64,000 bases of DNA from positions 543,428 through 607,427 of the forward strand of contig NIVC01000553.1 in NCBI GenBank assembly GCA_002269645.1. Reading direction: 5' to 3'. Made by a program: the position numbers and the translations under genes. Shown one piece after another: positions 13,606 to 25,429 of this stretch. Each line of letters begins with the position of its first letter. Within the stretch, counting starts at the first letter, position 1. Source of the stretch: Macrostomum lignano (taxonomy: Eukaryota). Below the pieces are notes generated by a model. That model was not told the origin of the DNA. It saw nothing but the letters and a program-made list of their open reading frames with translations, and made no database searches.

Positions 13606-13833
13606 TATCATCTTCTTCTTTACCACCATCATCATCATCATCATCAGAATCATCATCCTCATCATCATCATCATCATCAGAATCATCATCCTCATCATCA
13701 TCATCAGCATCATCATCATCATCATCAGCATCATCATCACATCATCATCTTCATCATCACCATCATCATCTTCATCATCATCGTCACCAACTTCATTATC
13801 ATCATCACCAAAATCATCATCAGTATCATCATG
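13489..13833 (+). repeat. (CAT)n microsatellite
   Basis: Imperfect trinucleotide run. Confidence 0.97.
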
Positions 13834-14753
13834 ATGTAGAGAGTAGAGTACTCGTAGGAAAAGAAATTATTAAGGCACAGAATGCTCATCCGAGTGTTTC
13901 TGTAGTGTTTGAGAAATATTTTTTGGAGAACTTCATAGGATAAAAATACGAAGCTCGAGTTTCTCTGTTGTCTCTCCAGAGCCGGGGTTTGGTTCTGTTT
14001 GAGAAGTCTCAGGTCATGTCCGTTGTGCTGATTTTTCAAGTTTGCATAATATCAAATAAATATTGCTCCGTCCGCGTAAGTCGGCAAGCTTTCCTTATAG
14101 TCCGTCTTATTCCATTCCAAACTGCATTAACTTCAAACTTGGTTTGTGTGTGCGCGAGTGGCCGGTGCAGAGCACTTTCTTTGCTATTTCCTTGCCTCTC
14201 TCTCTCTCTCTCTCTCTGTGTGTGCTGTCTTCAAGTCAATAATTGTCTTCTCAAATCAGAGAGAGAGAGAGAGAGAGAAGTTTTGCGTGACTTGCATCGT
14301 GTCTAAAGATGTATTTTATTTCAATTTTGCTGCCGCAACTCGACTCTCACCTGATAAGTCATCGAAAAAACGAACGTACTGAAGTGTTAATCAAGTTAAG
14401 TCTTAATCAATGATTAATGTAAATTTTTTCCATTGACATTTAACTAGCCTGCATCAGACAGTTGACTGACGGCAACACGTTGCCGTGATTAACCAGTCCC
14501 GCAGTGAAGCCCCACGAGTGGCTCTCTTCTCTTTTGTGGGGCTTTCATACTCAGGCAGATTTTGCCCATGCTTCGGAATTTTCACTGTTGATTGTGTCCG
14601 TTAAAGCTCTTTTGTTGAGATTGAGGCCAAAGGAGGGGAGGGAGGAGAGAAGAAAGAAGAGAGAAGATAAGTGAGAGAAGAGAGAGGAGAAGAGAGAGGG
14701 AGAGAGAGAGAGAAGAGAGGTCACGCCGTGTTTAACAATTTTTTTTAAATATG

Positions 14754-14791
14754 GGCTACCGGTTTCGAGCCTCTGGGCTCTTCGTCAGGCC
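14754..14791 (-). ncRNA. Minimal type I hammerhead ribozyme (Penelope-type)
   Basis: Minus strand reads GGC CUGACGA A GAGCC-CAGA-GGCUC GAAA CCGG UA^GCC: intact core, 5-bp stem II, palindromic CCGG stem-III loop, 3-bp stem I. Confidence 0.8.
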
Positions 14792-15754
14792 AAAAATCTG
14801 TGTGTAATGCAATGCAAGTTGGTCTTTTAAGTATTATTTTTCTTAGTCTGATAAAATTGATGAGTAAGTTGTACATATGACGGATGTACATTTAAAACCC
14901 TGTTTTGTCTAGCTCTAACTTGTCCCAGAGGCTTTTCACCATTAATTTCAATCGACAGTATATTTGTTATAAAAAATTGTTTTTTTTTCGAAGTACTAAA
15001 CGATTAGATGAAATGCATTAAACTTATTGGGAGCCAGGAGGCTCTGTAAATTTCGTTGCCGTGTAAATGCGGGCAGTATGCGGGAGCCTGGTTTATTTTG
15101 TAGCTTCTCAAAGTTTTTAGCAATCTCGTTGGCAAGCCAGACCGTAGATGGGTGAAAAGGAAGGACCAGAGGAATGGGTCGGAGAAGATGATTGTCGACC
15201 CTGATGTTCGTACCTGGCGGTTTGTCAGTCCCCAGTTTTTTAATCCAGATTTCTTCCCTTAGTTCGATTTTGTTGTTACAATATTAAGAACCTGTTCAAT
15301 AGCAATGTTGACAAAGTTTGCAATCGAGTGATTGGGGGGTGAGAAAGTGCTCTGACCCCGAAGTAACGATTCTCCTGTTAATATTTGACCTGTGCTGCTT
15401 CATTCCATCTCTCATTGTTCTTCTAGTCATCCCTACATAGAGGATTTCCCAGGGTGGCACTGGTTACCGATGCCATAGATGATGCTCTTGGAGAGTCACA
15501 GGACAGGCTCTGAGAGATTAAAAATCCGGAAGCCGGTCTCAGTCCCTGGGCAGAGAGAGCAGGCGGTGAGTGGGTGCAGCATTTTCAGCGAGAGAGAGAG
15601 AGGGAGAGAGGGAGAGAGAGAGAGAGAGGGAGAGAGAGAGAGAGAGGGAGAGAGAGAGAGAGGGAGAGAGAGAGGGAGAGAGGAGGGCACCTCCGATCTC
15701 AGGCACTGACACGGTAACGGTAGAAAGGACTGAACAAAGTCAGTGTAATTGAAT

Positions 15755-15793
15755 TGCCGATATTTCGAAATTGTTATTTTCTTCGTCAGGGCA
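15755..15793 (-). ncRNA. Minimal type I hammerhead ribozyme, PLE repeat unit
   Basis: Minus strand reads UGCC CUGACGA A GAAA-AUAACAA-UUUC GAAA UA UC^GGCA: 4-bp stems I and II, very short palindromic AUAU stem III. Confidence 0.65.
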
Positions 15794-15811
15794 GATAAGA
15801 GAGAGCATTTG

Positions 15812-15852
<41 letters not shown>

Positions 15853-15867
15853 GGAGAGAGAGAGGGA

Positions 15868-15935
<68 letters not shown>

Positions 15936-16023
15936 TAGAGAGAGAGAGGAGGGCGCCTCCAATCTCGGGCACTGACACGGTAGAAAGTCAGAAAGGACTG
16001 AAAAAAGTCAATTTAAATTGAGT

Positions 16024-16060
16024 AGCCGATATTTCGAAATTAAATTTCTTCGTCAGGGCC
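16024..16060 (-). ncRNA. Minimal type I hammerhead ribozyme, second PLE repeat unit
   Basis: Minus strand reads GGCC CUGACGA A GAAAU-UUA-AUUUC GAAA UA UC^GGCU. The core is identical to the 15755 copy; stems and loop differ but still pair. Confidence 0.65.
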
Positions 16061-17696
16061 AGGGCTGTAAGCGAGTGAAGTTTATTTGGCGCGAATTGCC
16101 ATCAATATATAAAGGCGATATCGCCAGGGAGAGACGATCGATAAATTGATGTGCTCAAGCACTTAAAACAGTACGCATGGTCAGTACATAAAAACGAGTC
16201 CGAGACTATGAGAAAAGCGGGGGGTGGCTAAAACTGTACAAGTGGGCCTAGACGACCTTTAAGTGTAGAATAAAAATTGCAAAAATAAATGGCGAAATAA
16301 ATAGATAAGGTAAATAAAAATTATTATTAAATGCTCAGAGCAAAAAATGCAGGTGCACCGTACACAGTGTCAGAAAAATGAATAAAAAGCAGAGAATAAA
16401 TAATCTGAATAAATCAAAATAAAGTCAATGAAAAAATCACAGAGGGGAAAAAATAGCAGTAAAAGAGCCTTTGTACAGGCGTCAAAAGGGGCCTAGTTGG
16501 CAGGATCGAGCCGACTATGAGAGAGCAGAGTCCGGAGGCTTCTCCCCTTGGTGTAGGCGGGCAGCACCGGGGTCTCGCAGTGGCGTATCACCCTGTCCTT
16601 CACTTTGGCAGCCAGGGCGTCGGAGGTCGCACAGTGGGGCAGGATCAGCGGGATGGCCGGTTTGTGCAGTATGCCGGCAAGTTCGTTGGCGCCGTGTGGA
16701 ACATGAGTCCTCAGGACCTCGATAAACTTGGCCTCCTGGCGCTGACGCCGCTCGTCAGCTCTGGGTCCTGTGCCATCGCGTGTCCAGATGCCGGTGAAGG
16801 CGAAGTCCGTCAGACTGTGGCCACCGCTGGTGAAGTGGCGCGCTACCGGAGTGTCACGGGTGTGCCGGATGTCACCGATGTGCGCCAGCATGCGACCGCG
16901 GATGCTGTTGGCGGTCTCGCCGACGTAGACCGTGTGGTCGCACCGGCGGCAGAACACGGCATCGACGGCGTTCGTGGCGTTGCAGTCGATCCGCTGACTG
17001 ATGATGAGCTGGACTGTCGTGGCTGCTGATCCGGGGCAGACGGAGGTGAACCTGGCGTGCGCCTGGCAGCACTTGCAGAGTCGGGCCGAGTTGCACGGCA
17101 GGAAGCCGAACTCCCACCGTCTGGTCGGGTAGAAGCCGAGCTCCGTCAGCACGTCGTACTTGATGGTGCGGAGGAAGCGCCGGCTGTAGCCTTGGTGCTG
17201 CACCAGATTCGACATCAGCCCGGTGCACGCTGCGTCGAAGTCGGCCATCCGGGAGCACCGCCGGGCGTACCTGAGGAGCTGGGACTTTACCACGCCCCGG
17301 AAAGTTCGCTTAGGATGGAAGGAGCCGCGGTGGATGAGGACTCGGCTGTCGGTGGGCTTGAAATATACCCTGGTTGCCAGGCTTTTGCTGTCGCCTTCGC
17401 GGTCCCAGAAGACGGTGGTGTCTAGGAAGTTCACCTCTGTGCTGCTGTAGCTCAGTTGAAGTCGGATGTTGGGGTCGAGGGCGTCCAGGTGTTGATGGAA
17501 CTGGACCAGCTCCGCCTCTGTGCCACGCCACACTCCAAAGACGTCGTCGATGTAGCGGAGCCACAGGCTGGGCTTCTGCGGGCTGGTCTCCAGGCCTCTC
17601 TGCTCTGTTTCGAAATTGTTATTTTCTTCGTCAGGGCAGATAAGAGAGAGCATTTGCAGCGAGAGAGAGAGAGAGAGGGAGAGAGGGAGAGAGAGG

Positions 17697-17733
<37 letters not shown>

Positions 17734-18438
17734 GAGCAGAGAGAAGAGAGAGGAGACAAAACAAGAAGAGAAAGAAGAAAAGCGAAGAGGATAGAAAAGA
17801 AGAGGAGAGAGAAAAGAGAAGAGACAGCAGATTAGAGATAAGAGAGCTAACAGGACACGCAAACCTTGAAGGTAATTGCTATTGTGAAGTTTCAAAAATA
17901 CCCGAGGGCCGGATAGAGAGGCTTTGCGGGCCGCATCTAATAAAGAAGCAGCTTGATCAACTTTCAGACTTGATAAACTTGAAACAGCCGATGTGTCAAG
18001 TAGCACATACGAGTAGCACTCGCTGCGCCTTAGAGCTTGTCCTTCGCGGTAGTGAACCGCACATGATGATGAGCCAAGCACGGAATCAAACTTTGAAGCG
18101 TGCCGGATCAGAAGCTGACGTGGACTGAAGCATCGGGTTATCTCTCCCAATTAAAGGCAGCTGAGCTAGCGGCTTCTTGAGACAATTCAAGTCACACCTG
18201 GGAGTCCGGTGTAGGGAAGGGAAAGGAAGGGAAGAAAGAAAGGGAAAGGAAGAGAGAGAGGCTGCGGATGTCGAGACTGAAGGGTTTATTAAATTGCAGT
18301 GAGGTGAGAACCGCTCGACTTAATCCTAGGGCTGAGAGATACCTGCGCACTCGAGTGATTAAAAGCGTACTTTTGGTTGTTGAAAAAACCGCTTTTTTGC
18401 CTGATCCTGGATCCCAGAACTGAACTATGGCTGCCTAT

Positions 18439-19717
18439 GAATCTTAATGGAATTAGGGTGAATCTTAATGGAATTAGGGTGAATCTTAATGGAATTAGGG
18501 TTAATCATAACAGGAATTAGGGTGAATCTTAATGGAATTAGGGTTAATCATAACAGGAATTAGGGTGAATCTTAATGGAATTAGGGTGAATCTTAATGGG
18601 GTGAATCTTAATGGAATTAGGGTTAATCATAACAGGAATTAGGGTGAATCTTAATGGAATTAGGGTTAATCATAACAGGAATTAGGGTGAATCTTAATGG
18701 AATTAGGGTTAATCATAACAGGAATTAGGGTGAATCTTAATGGAATTAGGGTTAATCATAACAGGAATTAGGGTGAATCTTAATGGAATTAGGGTTAATC
18801 ATAACAGGAATTAGGGTGAATCTTAATAGAATTAGGGTCAATCATAACAGGAATTAGGGTGAATCTTAATGGGAATTAGGGTGAATCTTAATGGGAATTA
18901 GGGTGACTCTTAATGGGAATTAGGGTGAATCTTAATGGGAATTAGGGTGACTCTTAATGGAATACGGGTGAATCTTAATGGGAATTAGGGTGACTCTTAA
19001 TGGGAATTAGGGTGAATCTTAATGGAATACGGGTGAATCTTAATGGGAATTAGGGTGAATCTTAATGGAATTAGGATGAATCTTAATGGGAATTAGGATG
19101 AATCTTAATGGAATTAGGGTGACTCTTAATGGGAATTAGGGTGAATCTTAATGGGAGTTAGGGTGACTCTTAATGGGAATTAGGGTGAATCTTAATTGAA
19201 TTAGGGTGAATCTTAATGTTATTAGAGTGAATCTGAATAGAATTGGAGTGAATCTCAATGGAATTAGGGTGAATCTTAATAGGAATTAGAGTGAATCTTA
19301 ATGGAATTAGGGTGAATCATAATGTTCCCCCTTGAATGAACGTACAAAAAGGTGACTACTTCTCAAATTTCAGTACTACTTATCGCTTCTTCACCTCAGG
19401 AGTAGTGTCTATGGTTTTATATTTCGGCTTTCGATTTGGAAGCTGATTGAGCATTCTGGTGTATTCTGTGGGTGAATCTTAATGAGAATTAGGGTGAATC
19501 TTAATTGAATTAGGGTGAATCTTAACAGGAATTAGAGTGAATCTTAATGTTATTAGAGTGAATCTTAATAAAAATTGGAGTGAATCTTTATGGAATTAGG
19601 GTTAATCTTAGTGGAATTAGGGTGAATCCTAATGGAATTAGGGGTTAATCTTAATGGAATTAGGGTGAATCTTATTGGGAATTAGGGTGAATCTTAATGA
19701 GAATTAGGGTGAATCTT
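18439..19717 (+). repeat. ~21-bp minisatellite (GAATCTTAATGGAATTAGGGT)n containing TTAGGG
   Basis: Tandem array interrupted at about 19325-19470. Confidence 0.95.
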
Positions 19718-20269
19718 TCAACCCTTTGTACTGAAAAAAAACAGATCGGATTATTTGTTAAATTATTCAAAAAAAATTGTCAATGCGCCAGGACTGAAGT
19801 TAATGGACTCAATCAGAACGAAATCTCTCAGATTAGCAAATCCAATTCCCTCTGTTTCCTGCATCTCGGCTCTTCTCACGCCAGCATGAGAGGCAAATGC
19901 ATTTTCTCAGGTTTTGTATTGTTCCACCTGTTAATTATAAGAGTTCCGCTATCTCCTTCTCCCTCTCTGTGTCTCTCTAAAGTTCTGCAACCCACAGTCG
20001 AGAGCTGACATTGAAGACTTTCCTCAACTGAACATACTTGCAGTTGCGCTAATTTTGCAGATGGAGCAGCCTGTAATTTGAATAGTCAGCTGCTCTGATG
20101 TTCGGCTCAGCTCAAATATTTTTTCACTTTTTTTTAACATAATAAAATTCGCTGGTTTTTACTATAAGTAGATCGGTAGAATTTGACTGGCTTTCGTCAA
20201 TCGATGAGTTTTAATCTGAATGGTTGAATGAGAAGCAGATGGGCGAAGTTGCACCCGCTGCTGCTGGGG

Positions 20270-20620
20270 AGGCAGAGGGAGATGGAGAGATAGAGGGGGA
20301 GAGGAGAGAAAGGAGAGGAGAGGGGGGGAGATACAGAAGGGAGAGGGGGGAGGAGAGAGGGGAGAGGTGAGAGGGGAGGGAGAGAGGGGAGAGGGGAGAG
20401 GGGAGGGAGAGAGGGAAGAGAAGAGAGGGGAGAGAGGGGAAGTGGGAGATGGTGAAGTGGAGAGGGCAAAGGGGAGAGGGAGAGGGGAGAGGAGAGACCG
20501 GGAGAGTGGAGAGAGGAGAGAGGAGAGAGGAGAGAGAGGAGAGGTGAGAAAGGGGAGGGGAGAGGGTAAAGTGGAGAGAGAGAAGAGAGGGAGGGTCACG
20601 GGGAGGAGGGGGAAAAAGAG
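20270..20620 (+). repeat. GA-rich low-complexity tract
   Basis: Purine-only stretch upstream of exon A2. Confidence 0.9.
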
Positions 20621-20719
20621 CGAGAGTCACAGGAAAGCAGTGAGGCAGATGAGGCACACAACCCTTGTGAGCTGTCTCTGTCGCGCACCTGGCAAACCGT
20701 TTCACACCAATAACCGCAG

Positions 20720-21135
20720 GCGCCTCTGCATCCACGCCTTCTTCGGGCCGGTGTCGGACTACTCTGTGACGCAGTTCCTGCCGTTTACCTTTCACAATGA
20801 AATCCCGCTGATCACCTCTGGCGCCATTCATCCAGCATTCGGCATCAAGAGCGGCAGCTCGCTGACCAGAGTGACCCCACTGCTGGTGCAGGACCTTGCC
20901 GCTACCATTGAAGTGCTGATGCTGGACAACAACTGGCGCAGGGTGTCGGTGCTGTACAACGAGCCGCGCTACCGGCCGAAGGGCGACATTCCGAGCAGTC
21001 CGGCGCCCGGCCAGAAGCTGCTCAGGTGGTGCACCGGCGAGTCCAAGCTGGTCGGCATTGACTGCGTATTTGAAGTTGGCGCCGCGGAGACCCTTGTCAA
21101 CACGATGAAGCTGAAGATCGGCTTGAGCAGGGCGT
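20720..21135 (+). CDS. Receptor guanylyl cyclase variable cassette A, exon 2
   Basis: Acceptor AACCGCAG|G completes Gly (GG|G). HAFFGPVSDY..EIPLITSGA..LTRVTP..NNWRRVSVLY are ANF-receptor domain motifs. Donor GCGT|GTGAGT, phase 1. Confidence 0.85.
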
Positions 21136-21257
21136 GTGAGTACTAGAAACTTGAATTGTTTCCATTTTGGGTGGCGATACAACTGGATTCGAACCCGGGT
21201 CATGTATCAATGAGGAATTTTGAGCTGCATGTTTGAGTTAAGATTGATATGAACCAT

Positions 21258-21741
21258 ATGAGCTATGAGCTATGAGCTATGAGCTATGAGCTATGAGCTA
21301 TGAGCTACCAGCTATGAGCTATGAGCTATGAGCTATGAGCTATGAGCTATGAGCTATGAGCTATGAGCTACCAGCTATGAGCTATGAGCTATGAGCTATG
21401 AGCTATGAACTATGAGCTATGAGCTATGAGCTATCAGCTATGAGCTATGAGCTATGAGCTATGAGCTATGTGCTATGTGCTATGAGCTATGAGCTATGAG
21501 CTATGAACTATGAGCTATGAGCTATGAGCTATGAGTTACGAGTATGAGTATGAGCTATGAGCTATGAGCTATGAGCTATGAGTTACGAGTATGAGCTATG
21601 AGCTATGAGCTATGAGCTATGAGTTACGAGTATGAGCTATGAGCTATGAGCTATGAGCTATGAGTTACGAGTATGAGCTATGAGCTATGAGCTATGAGCT
21701 ATGAGTTACGAGTATGAGCTATGAGCTATGAGCTATGAGCT
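21258..21741 (+). repeat. (GAGCTAT)n heptanucleotide repeat
   Basis: Direct tandem array. Confidence 0.97.
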
Positions 21742-22216
21742 GTATTAAAAATGCTAACACACTTTAAATTAAAATTTCCTGATAAAAAGTTTACAAAAAT
21801 CAACTTATAAAAGTCATAGAGTAACATATCATTGCTAGTGTGAGCGATGATGAGCAGTGATTGAGTACTCAATGTTTTTATGGTTTTATATGTTGACTTG
21901 TTCTGTGACCTGCTAGCCTCAGGTGTACAGTATGGGCTGGTCAGTCCCATATCGGCCACGTTATGGACAGATCAAAGATAAGCCACATTAGCAATAAAAT
22001 CCGAGTTACCTTCTTCAGACCCTGGCTCAACTCAAGATAACAGCTCAGACTTAAGTGACTTTTAAAAACTAATTTAATCTCTTGAGCTGGGTGGAGTCAC
22101 TTTCGTGCAATCTGTGCAAAACAGAAATTTTTACTAAGAAGTTGACTTAATGTAGAAGTATGACTAATGGAATATATTCGCAATAGATTTTACTAGCTAT
22201 ATTGTGAAACAAATGT

Positions 22217-22803
22217 AATTAGATAGATTAGCAATCCATTCTATAGCTTGACAAATTAGATAGATTAGCAATCCATTCTATAGCTTGACAAATTAGATAG
22301 ATTAGCAATCCATTCTAAAGCTTGACAAATTAGATAGATTAGCAATCTATTCTATAGCTTGACAAATTAGATAGATTAGCAATCCATTCTATAGCTTGAC
22401 AAATTAGATAGATTAGCAATCCATTCTATAGCTTGGCAATTAGATAGATTAGCAATCCATTCTATAGCTTGGCAAATTAGATAGATTAGCAATCCATTGT
22501 ATAGCTTGGCAATTAGATAGATTAGCAATCCATTCTATAGCTTGGCAAATAGATAGATTAGCAATCCATTCTATAGCTTGGCAAATTAGATAGATTAGCA
22601 ATCCATTCTATAGCTTGGCAAATTAGATAGATTAGCAATCCATTCTATAGCTTGGCAATTAGATAGATTAGCAATCCATTCTATAGCTTGGCAAATTAGA
22701 TAGATTAGCAATCCATTCTATAGCTTGGCAAATTAGATAGATTAGCAATCCATTTTATAGCTTGGCAATTAGATAGATTAGCAATCCATTCTATAGCTTG
22801 ACC
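22217..22803 (+). repeat. ~37-bp minisatellite (TAGATAGATTAGCAATCCATTCTATAGCTTGGCAAAT)n
   Basis: Direct tandem array. Confidence 0.96.
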
Positions 22804-23224
22804 AGAGTTTATTTACAATAATATTTGCGTTTTGCCGTTGATGTCAGCGCAAATTCAGCAGTTGCTCTTTCTTAGTGCAAAATCTCTTTCTGAGCAGTAC
22901 TGCGCAATGAGTTCATCATAAGAAAATTAAAAAAGGTTTTTCTTGTTTGAGAGAACTATCTTTTTGAAAAATATTGGCGGCTTTTATCGTCGGATTTTAT
23001 CACGGCAACAAAATTAGCGTAGCTTTTGTCGCAGTTCTCCGTTGTTCGGGCGCCCTAAGCCTGTCCCTATCTGATCCCTTCCTGCCTTCTGCGCTGGACC
23101 AACGGGCTCAAATGTCAGCTGCAGTGTGAAAAACATTCGACAGAACGATATCATTACGCTTGCTAAACCCTGTCAAAATCTGGGTTAAGGTTTTGTCAAA
23201 GTCTATGTCGCTAAAACAGGAAGG

Positions 23225-23249
23225 CAGACAGACAGACAGACAGACACTA

Positions 23250-23302
<53 letters not shown>

Positions 23303-23306
23303 CTCT

Positions 23307-23389
<83 letters not shown>

Positions 23390-23427
23390 GGACATAAGAC
23401 AGACAGATAGACAGACAGACAGACAGA
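23225..23427 (+). repeat. (CAGA)n microsatellite
   Basis: Tetranucleotide run. Confidence 0.97.
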
Positions 23428-24219
23428 CCCAAAAAGGACCAAGCCATGCAGTTCATCCAGCCCAGCAGTGGCTATTTATTTCAAGTCAAGTGTCTCGAAT
23501 CCAGCCTGCCGCCCAGAGCACGGCCGAAGCTATCGGTGGAGGGGCCGCCTGCCCACCTGGGGCAGGTGAGGGACGCGGGGGAGGGGAGCTCTGTTATCTT
23601 ATCAGCTCACTGAAGTCGCCCGCCCATTTGCTGTTAACAAAGTTGGAGGGGACGGAGCCGCGGGCAAAGCCAGATTCCAGCTCGCATGTAGGTATGGGGA
23701 TCCCCTCGAGCTCGATGTCTGACTTACCTGTAAGCCATGCGTTCCTCTCTACTCTGTTTTCCGTCTACCCCCTGCCGCCCCTTTCTCGCCTTCCAATTGG
23801 CTTCCGGGGCGAACATTTTTTTTGTCAAGCCTTTCCATTTTTTTCTACCAGTCGAATCACTTGGCGTCTCTCTCTCTCTATTTTGCGTTTTTCTGGGGCG
23901 AAAGAGCGAATGAGTGAGTGAGACACCGGCTGACTCCGATCAAGACTCAACTCAGTACCTTCCTTACTCGCTGAGTTGACGCAAATACTCAGGCAGCCAC
24001 CCCTCCTAGCACCTTGCTGGTGTCCACTTCTGCCAACTTCGCTATAAATCATTGCTGCTAGAGAAGCAACACTTTCTAATCAAACAGCGACGGTCGAAAG
24101 CAACAAAAAGCAGGCCTGCATGCAGCTCAGTGCCGAATAAATACTATGTAAAAATAGTGCACTACTGGCCTGCTCTTTTTTACGACTTCGATAAGAGAGG
24201 CAGAGGCCGAGCCTCCAGT

Positions 24220-25429
24220 ATGGACAGAAGAAGGTGGCTGATGCTTCTGCTGCTGCTAAAACTGCTGGCACTTTATCAAGTTGAAGCTTTCGACCTTGAA
24301 TCTACCGAGTCAACGTCAGAAGCAACCAGACCTTCAACCGCGTCACTGGCAGATGCTACAAGAGACTCAACCGCGTCACTAACTGATGCTACAAGAGACT
24401 CAACCGCGTCACTAACTGATGCTACAAGAGACTCAACCGCGTCACTAACTGATGCTACAAGAGACTCAACCGCGTCACTGGCAGATGCTACAAGAGACTC
24501 AACCGCGTCACTTGCAGATGCTACAAGAGACTCAACCGCGTCACTGGCAGATGCTACAAGAGACTCAACCGCGTCACTGGCAGACGCTAAAAGTCGACCG
24601 ACTGTCTCAACTATAGATGCTGTCAGTCGACCGACTGTCTCAACTATAGATGCTGTCAGTCCCTCGACTGCGCCACTAGTAGAAGCAGAAATTCAGTCTT
24701 TCGAATCACCGCTAGAAGCAATTGTACTTTTACTGGCGCCCCGTTACGAACCGCTCAGAGAGTTAGCCAGCCCGTTAGAACTGCTCAACGCCACACTGGA
24801 CATTGCTCTAACCAACAACCTAGTGCGCTCTCTGCCAGTTCGACTTAAAAAACGATCGCACGAGCTAGGCTGCGACTTCTCCGACTCGATGCGACGAATT
24901 ATCAAATTAAACTGTCCGCCGAGTAGCGACAAGCAGGCCAGGGTGATCGTCGGTCCGCTCTGCTCCTACGCGGTGAACAACGTGTTCCTCTGGTTCCGAC
25001 TGAAGAGCGACGCCCTGATTACCGCCGGTGCTAATTCGGTCAGCTTCGATGAGGCGCAGTACTCGGAGCTGATTCGCATTGGTACAACAGCAGAGCACGA
25101 TATGAACGCACTGTTGGCAGCATTTCGCCAAATTCCGGCCTCGGCTGGCCTGAGCCCCTGGCGAAGAATGCTGTTCGTCTACCAGGACATCATGCGACCG
25201 CTGGCTTCCATGTCTAAGCCGAGGAAGGAGCCCTGGTACTACGTCGACAACATCCAGTGCAAGAATGTGTTTAACGCGCTGAAGTACCACTTCAAAGGTC
25301 GACAAGATTATATATTTGAATCGTTTGGAGTCAATTCAAATGTCAAAGAGGACAAGAAACAGTCGAGTCAAGAGAAGGACGCCATTTTTAATAATATCCT
25401 CCTGTCTAAGGTTGGAAACCGTCTATCTG
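24220..25429 (+). CDS. Receptor guanylyl cyclase variable cassette B (single exon: signal peptide, S/T-rich repeat stalk, ANF-receptor N-terminal part)
   Basis: MDRRRWLMLLLLLKLLALYQVEA leader. VIVGPLCSYAV, ALITAGANS..F, LIRIGTT, WRRMLFVY motifs. Donor TCTG|GTGAGT, phase 1. 1210 nt = 3n+1. Confidence 0.87.
24335..24665 (+). repeat. Coding 33-bp tandem repeats: (ASL[A/T]DATRDST) x7 plus a partial unit, then (SRPTVSTIDAV) x2
   Basis: In-frame repeats inside cassette B. Confidence 0.95.

Larger units (their letters stand above)
15545..17760 (-). mobile_element. 5'-truncated Penelope-like retroelement (RT C-terminus, Cys-rich linker, GIY-YIG endonuclease) with hammerhead/(CT)n direct repeats (pLTR-like)
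   Basis: 16493-17607(-) encodes WLRYIDDVF, EVNFLD, YFKPTD, HPKRTFRGVVKSQLLRY, C..RLCKCC, C..C...YVGET...R...H. The segment starting at 15763 recurs at 17608, bracketing the ORF. Confidence 0.92.

Noticed and set aside
17608-17764. N-terminus of the 423-aa PLE ORF (MFCLLSLLS..LSLSLS)
   Set aside because: Read-through of the (CT)n/hammerhead repeat. True RT homology starts at about 17607.
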